Source: Selaginella moellendorffii (lineage: Eukaryota; Plantae; Lycopodiophyta). Taken from it: DNA of 64,000 nt. The position numbers were made by a program, and so were the translations under genes. The stretch covers positions 938,769-1,002,768 of the forward strand of contig NW_003314311.1 in NCBI RefSeq assembly GCF_000143415.4, given 5' to 3'. Positions 58,748-64,000 of this stretch are shown piece by piece; the first letter of the stretch is position 1; each line of letters begins with the position of its first letter. A model generated the notes under the pieces. That model did no database searches, had not been told where the DNA came from, and worked only from the letters and a program-made list of their open reading frames with translations.

Positions 58748-60762
58748 TCACTCCCTTTCACTGCTCTCTTTCACCGGCAGCGTTTTAAGTTTACGCCATG
58801 TAATGACCAGTGTGATTATCACAGCCAGCACCGTAAGAACAGAAATAACGTAGAAGCTGGCCCACAAGGGTTTCACCTCGTACGTAGCTGTGGTGGTGAG
58901 CAACACCACGGTACCATCACTAAGGACCTGAGGTACTGTTTGCGCTTGCAAGATGTCCCGGTCCTTCTTTACACTTTGCACGCTACTATATGCTGTATAT
59001 GACAGTAAAACTGCACAAAATGTGAGCTTAGTGAATCAACTTGTGGCAAGAAGAGGTTCAAATTACCTGCAAAACCGAGTACGAGGAGTGTCCTATAAAG
59101 GAACTTAAACCAAAAGATGGGGTCCTGGCTTGAAAAAACTGATCCCTTGCTCGACTGAACAGCCTGGCCGTCGGTGTTGGTGTCCCCAACGGCGCCACCA
59201 CGGTGCCAGAATTTCTCAAAGGACTCTTCAATATCCTGCAACTTGGTACTCGTTGCCAATAAACATGTTCCCACGAAGGACACAATCGCTGACAAAATCC
59301 CGCCATAGACTTCGTGTCTGTTGTTTGATCCATCATTCCACAGCTTGTTCTGCTTGAACTTAACATCTCTGAGCTGTAACATGGATTCGACCATCAGTTT
59401 AATCTCTGTGCTGATAGCAGTGTCCAGCTTGGTCACACATAGCTTGTCCTTGAACTCGAGCTGTCCCATAGGCAGATCTCCGAAACAGGGTGTACTGATC
59501 TTGTTCTGGGGGGGAGTGGGAGCCCAGAGGAACCGTCTCATCTTGTTGAGATAGTACTCACTATCTTGAGTGCTTAATACCAGCTGATCAGTACTGCACC
59601 TGTTCTGAACCTCCACACTGGATGGCACCGGTATTTGCTGCATCAATGCTTCCACACAGACTGTTGTGTTCGCCATGGCCTGGAAGTCATTCGCTGTAAC
59701 CCCAGTGAGGGAGGACCCGAAAGAGGTATTCCCCTTAAAGGTTGCAACAAATGGTATAGGCTTGTCAGATGAGGTGTTGTGTACGGTAAGAACAAGCCAA
59801 GTGTTTCCACCGGTGTTCCAAGCCCAGTAAGACGTCAGCAAATCGCAGGAGGAACGATAGTCGAACAATCCCCAGCTGCTGGTGTCCATGTTCCTGGTGA
59901 CCACGACACATACCCTGGTGGAGGAATTGGAGCAGCCGCATTGGAGGCTGGGAAACCCGAGGTATGCTGTGGCGTCGTTGCTGTAGTAAGACGGTGCAAA
60001 CCGACACTTTGGTACATCCTTAGTGTTCGTAAGATAATAGTGGCTGGAGGTGTTGAGCTTCTGGTACTTGGTGAAGTCCGTCCTTGCACTGCTGGCGTAG
60101 TTGGAAAGGTAGAATCCTGATGTGCTACGCGGCATGTTGTTCAGATCTGGTTCAATGCTGGGTGCAGTTGCAGCCCTGTAAGGTACAGCAATAAAGAGCA
60201 GGCTGAGATCCGCTTCGCTTTCCTTCTGAAGGATGGGAGTAGTCCAGAGGCATGACCGATTGCTCTGGTCATTACCAGTGGATAGGCACATGCGGATGCT
60301 GATGCCCCAGTCCACTCGCATTCTCCATTGCCAGTTGTGCCGGTGCTGCTTCATGTGACCACCTGCAACGTGGGGCTCGGCCGAGGCATACAGCTTGTTG
60401 GCTCCCTCATCACTCGTCCAGTTGCTGATCACTCTCCATGCACTAGCTTGCTGGTAGGCGGAATTGGCGAGCTCAATGTCGATGCCACTTGTCGTGGACA
60501 GGACACTGGCAAGGGAAGAACGCAGAGACCATCTGTAGAACGGATCGAATTCGTTTACAAAGCTGTTTACTTCGGGGCATGCAAAACCTTCTCTGGACGG
60601 GAGGTCGAGGTAGAAATGCTCATCGTCGGATCCATGACAAGAATGCGCGAGAAGCAGGAGTAGTGTTGCTGTGGGCAGAAGCAGCGAGAAGAGAATACTT
60701 GTCAGAGAGGGGTGAAACCAATTGCAGAAGCTACTACTGCCTACATTCTCTGCCTGAGCCAT
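58748..60762 (-). CDS. Uncharacterised membrane protein (~650 aa; exons 60762-59067 and 59010-58748)
   Basis: Long ORF with an N-terminal hydrophobic segment and a Cys-containing S/T-rich ectodomain. A 56-nt GT-AG intron joins it in frame to the last ORF, giving three C-terminal TM-like helices. TATA-like motif ~40 nt upstream. Confidence 0.7.
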
Positions 60763-62377
60763 TATAGCTTATAATCCTATGATTCACAACTGCAGCCATA
60801 TATAAGGATATGAGGACATTCGTTTTACGTGCTTTTTTGTTTTCATACTACAAGTTGAAGGCGAAAGTGTTGTGGATGCTTCCTATTCCTTTAAAGATCC
60901 AATGGTTCCTTGTCTACAAACGAGCTTAAGAGCACGGATCTTCCATAAACCTCTTTCTTTATGAATGTTCACATGGCATCATAGAAAGAAAAGAATTCTT
61001 CCCAAAGTCTCCTCTGATATTCAGGAGAATTTGTCAATGGCTGGTGATGTTAACCTGTATGCAAGCATTAGTTATATTAAGAACATTGGACGCACGAAGT
61101 GACAAATTATATGCATACACGAGTTGACAAGTTTCGGTTATCATTATTAATCTTCTTTGTCAACCAACGCTAGCTGAGGCTGGGTAAGACCTTGAGTATA
61201 ATGCACGAGATTTGGACCGAGGATGAAAAAGATGCCGCCTTGGTAACAATTAGTCAATGTATGAGGCAACTATTTTTCCGCGAACTTTAACACGATCTAA
61301 AGATCTGAGCACGCACAACAGGTTTGCTGAACGCATGCCTACAGCTAAAACCCAGCGAATCTTTTTTGCAGCTTCCAACATTAGTGAAAATTTATTAGAG
61401 ATAAGTTTTTATCTGTTCGCAATAACTTACTAGAACGCCTGCTTGAACTGCATGATGCGAATCAGTAACAGCATCTGGATGAAAGAGAAGACAATGCGAG
61501 TTTGGAAATCAAATCAATCAAAACCAAGCTGCGAGACATACAATTTGTACGGTACAATTAATTATATAACTAGCGAGCATATGGCGTTGACCATCCACAA
61601 TCTGGTCAACCATATTACTTTGACCGGCCATGACCAGAAGATTCCTTTACGCCCACCGAAAAACTGGACAGAGCGTTTGCAGCCTTATCAACGTGGGTCG
61701 GCCAAAGAGGAAAAGCAATGCTCTTGCCAGATTGAACGGACGCACTCGTAGCCACGAGGTAGAGCGACGCCTGGCGTGGTACACAGCGAAACAAGGAAAG
61801 AGTGAATCTTTCGGGAAGTGCAGCTAAAAGCTTTCCAGCGATGGAAAAGTTCGTATAGCTTTTGCGCGATGACGCACAGGTCCGCTGCATTAAATCTGAA
61901 AGAGCGAATGAGTGGGTGCTGGCGAATAAGTTCAAAGAAAAACTAAAGAACCTGGATCGAATGTGAAGCTTTCAAAGAAAGGCTATAAACCCCGCAGTAT
62001 CTGCAAGTTCATGGCTCTTCTCTTCTCTGCGTTATTAAAAACCGAACCGAAAAAGAGCACAAAAGCCTGCTGTGCCGTTGTGCTGCTGTGCTGCCGCGGC
62101 ACGAACGAGACAGACAGGCCAAGAGATTGATTAGCGCTAATTGCGGATATCGGGAATCATAATTACCTTGAGCGATGGTGGGTGATCAAGTTTTCCTGGA
62201 CGAAAGCCGCGGCGAGAGGCTGCTCCCTGTCTGGTGCATTTAAAGTTGATCTATTCCCATTCGGCGTCACCACCATTCTCATTCATGGCCGCGTTCTCAG
62301 CTTGCAGATCGTAGTCGCGGCTCATTTGGTTGTTTTTGTCTTTCGCGCTTTTGCCAGGCCGTCTATTCCCTTTTGTC

Positions 62378-63590
62378 AGGGACATCCAATCTACAGCATC
62401 AGGCACAAACGGCATGGTTTCCAAGAGAAGCTCGGCAACTTCCAGATGCCCTGCCTTGGCAATGAGGTCTACCATGCACGCGTAGTGTTGCTTGGTAGGC
62501 TTTAACGCGAAGTCCCCTTGCAACGACACGAAGCACGGCGTCGAGTCCACCAACATGTCCCAGGGAAATCAAAATGGGGGCAAAGCAGGATTCACCAGCT
62601 GCTTCAATGAAATTTATGGTTTGGAAAAGGTGGCGGGCTTCAAAGGAGTGGCCGGTGTAGGCATAAGCAGCCAGCATAACGCTCCACACGGTGAGATCTC
62701 TCTCCAGCATCAAATCGAACACTTTCTTGGCTTCTAAAACATGCCCATTCAAGGCATATGCGATGAGCATGATGGTCCGAGATACTACGTCATGCTCCGG
62801 CATGGAAATGAAAACAAGTTTTGCGTCGTTAAGATGACCGACTTGGGCATACGAAATGAGCATGTTAGTACAAGAAACAAGGTCTTGTTGTGGCATGGAG
62901 TCAAACAAAAATCGAGCTTTTTCAAGGTACCCTTTTGAGGCATACGCCGCTAACATTGCGTTTTGTGAAACTAAATCCTTGCATGGCAAAGATTCATAGA
63001 CCACCCTAGCATCGACTATGGCACCATACGTAGAGAGAAACGTGAGCATAACAGTACATGATACTGTATCCTGCATTGGCATTGTGTCGTATGTACGTTT
63101 GGCTCGATCAATATTGCCTTCTTGGATATATGCGTTTAAAAGTGATGTCCAGGAAAGCATATCCCACTGTGGCATGGTATCAAATAAGGCTTTGGAATCT
63201 TTCCCAGTACTGTGCTGGGAAAATGCCGAGAGCATTACGTTATATGCCACTATATCTCTCTGTGGCATAGCATCGAAGAGGGCCTTACACTCAAAAAGAT
63301 ACCCAATGCGGGCATATGCTGTTAAGACGATAGTCCAAGAGACAAAATTGGCTTCCGGAAGAGCGTTGAAAAATCTTTGCAATTCCAAAACGTAGTCCTC
63401 TTGGTCAAACCCAGTCAACATTGCGTTGAAAGAAGCCACGTCCCATTGGGGCATCTTGCCAAACAAAAGCTTCGCAATGCTAGTGTCTCCCTTCGCGGCA
63501 TACGCAGAGACCATCGCGTTCCACGAGACTATAGTTTTTTCGGGCATACAATCGAAAAATCTCTGCGCGGCTGCGAGGTCTCCGTGCTGG
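62378..63590 (-). pseudogene. Truncated duplicate of the 53231-55096 PPR gene
   Basis: Near-identical to 53365-54583; a small deletion frameshifts it near 62535; both ends are missing. Confidence 0.9.
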
Positions 63591-64000
63591 AACTAATCTC
63601 GAACTAATCTCCTCGACATATTGCAACGAGTACGAGGATGTGGCACGGAGGGTCGCTGCCGAGACAGTTTCCATCGAGCTCAGATGGATGTAAGTGGGTT
63701 TGAGCAATCGATCTCTTTTTTCTTTCACCACATTCGAGGATGGATTTCCAAACTTGTTCGTGCTGGGATCCGTGGCCAGCACGTTGCATTCCTTGCGCCT
63801 TTCAGCTCTCCCGCCGTGATCTTTGAGAGCTCTTGGTGATCTACGCTCTTCCCAGGATGTTCATCGCTTCCTTCACGGTCGTGGTGCTGTTCTTCCCGAC
63901 TGGAACGTTGGAGCGCATGGAAGACGAGGGTGACATCGGCTTTCACTCTCCAACATTCCAATCTCCAGGGGTGGTCCGACGAGTCTCGTCATCTTTGACA
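63590..64000 (+). pseudogene. Duplicate of the PRS 5'-half pseudogene; runs off the window
   Basis: Near-identical to 55664-56063. Confidence 0.9.

Overview
Plant nuclear DNA, most likely a lycophyte such as Selaginella. That assignment is inferred from ~50-70 nt introns and intronless PLS-type PPR genes of the short-repeat style. About half the window is retrotransposon. Elements seen: a Ty3 5' LTR inserted into an older LTR of its own family (1-4.2 kb); a tandem-array TRIM whose LTR carries 5S-rRNA promoter homology, i.e. Cassandra-like (12.7-14.25 kb); a Copia element with ~71-bp LTRs (25325-36694) hosting a nested chromovirus (27279-34956) whose integrase is split by two ~50-nt spliceosomal-type introns; and a pol-less, multi-ORF LTR element (39088-44558) inserted between a tRNA-Ile(AAT) gene and its oligo-T terminator. 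Apparently intact genes: class III peroxidase, TAXI/XEGIP-like inactive aspartic protease, two PPRs, a CYP72-clan P450, an intronless bacterial/fungal-type beta-propeller lactonase, a UGT, and an orphan multi-pass membrane protein. The P450, lactonase and UGT lie within 9 kb and form a candidate metabolic cluster. Several pseudogenes are broken by inversions (purple acid phosphatase, PRPP synthetase). All calls come from reading the sequence and motifs by eye; no database search was run.
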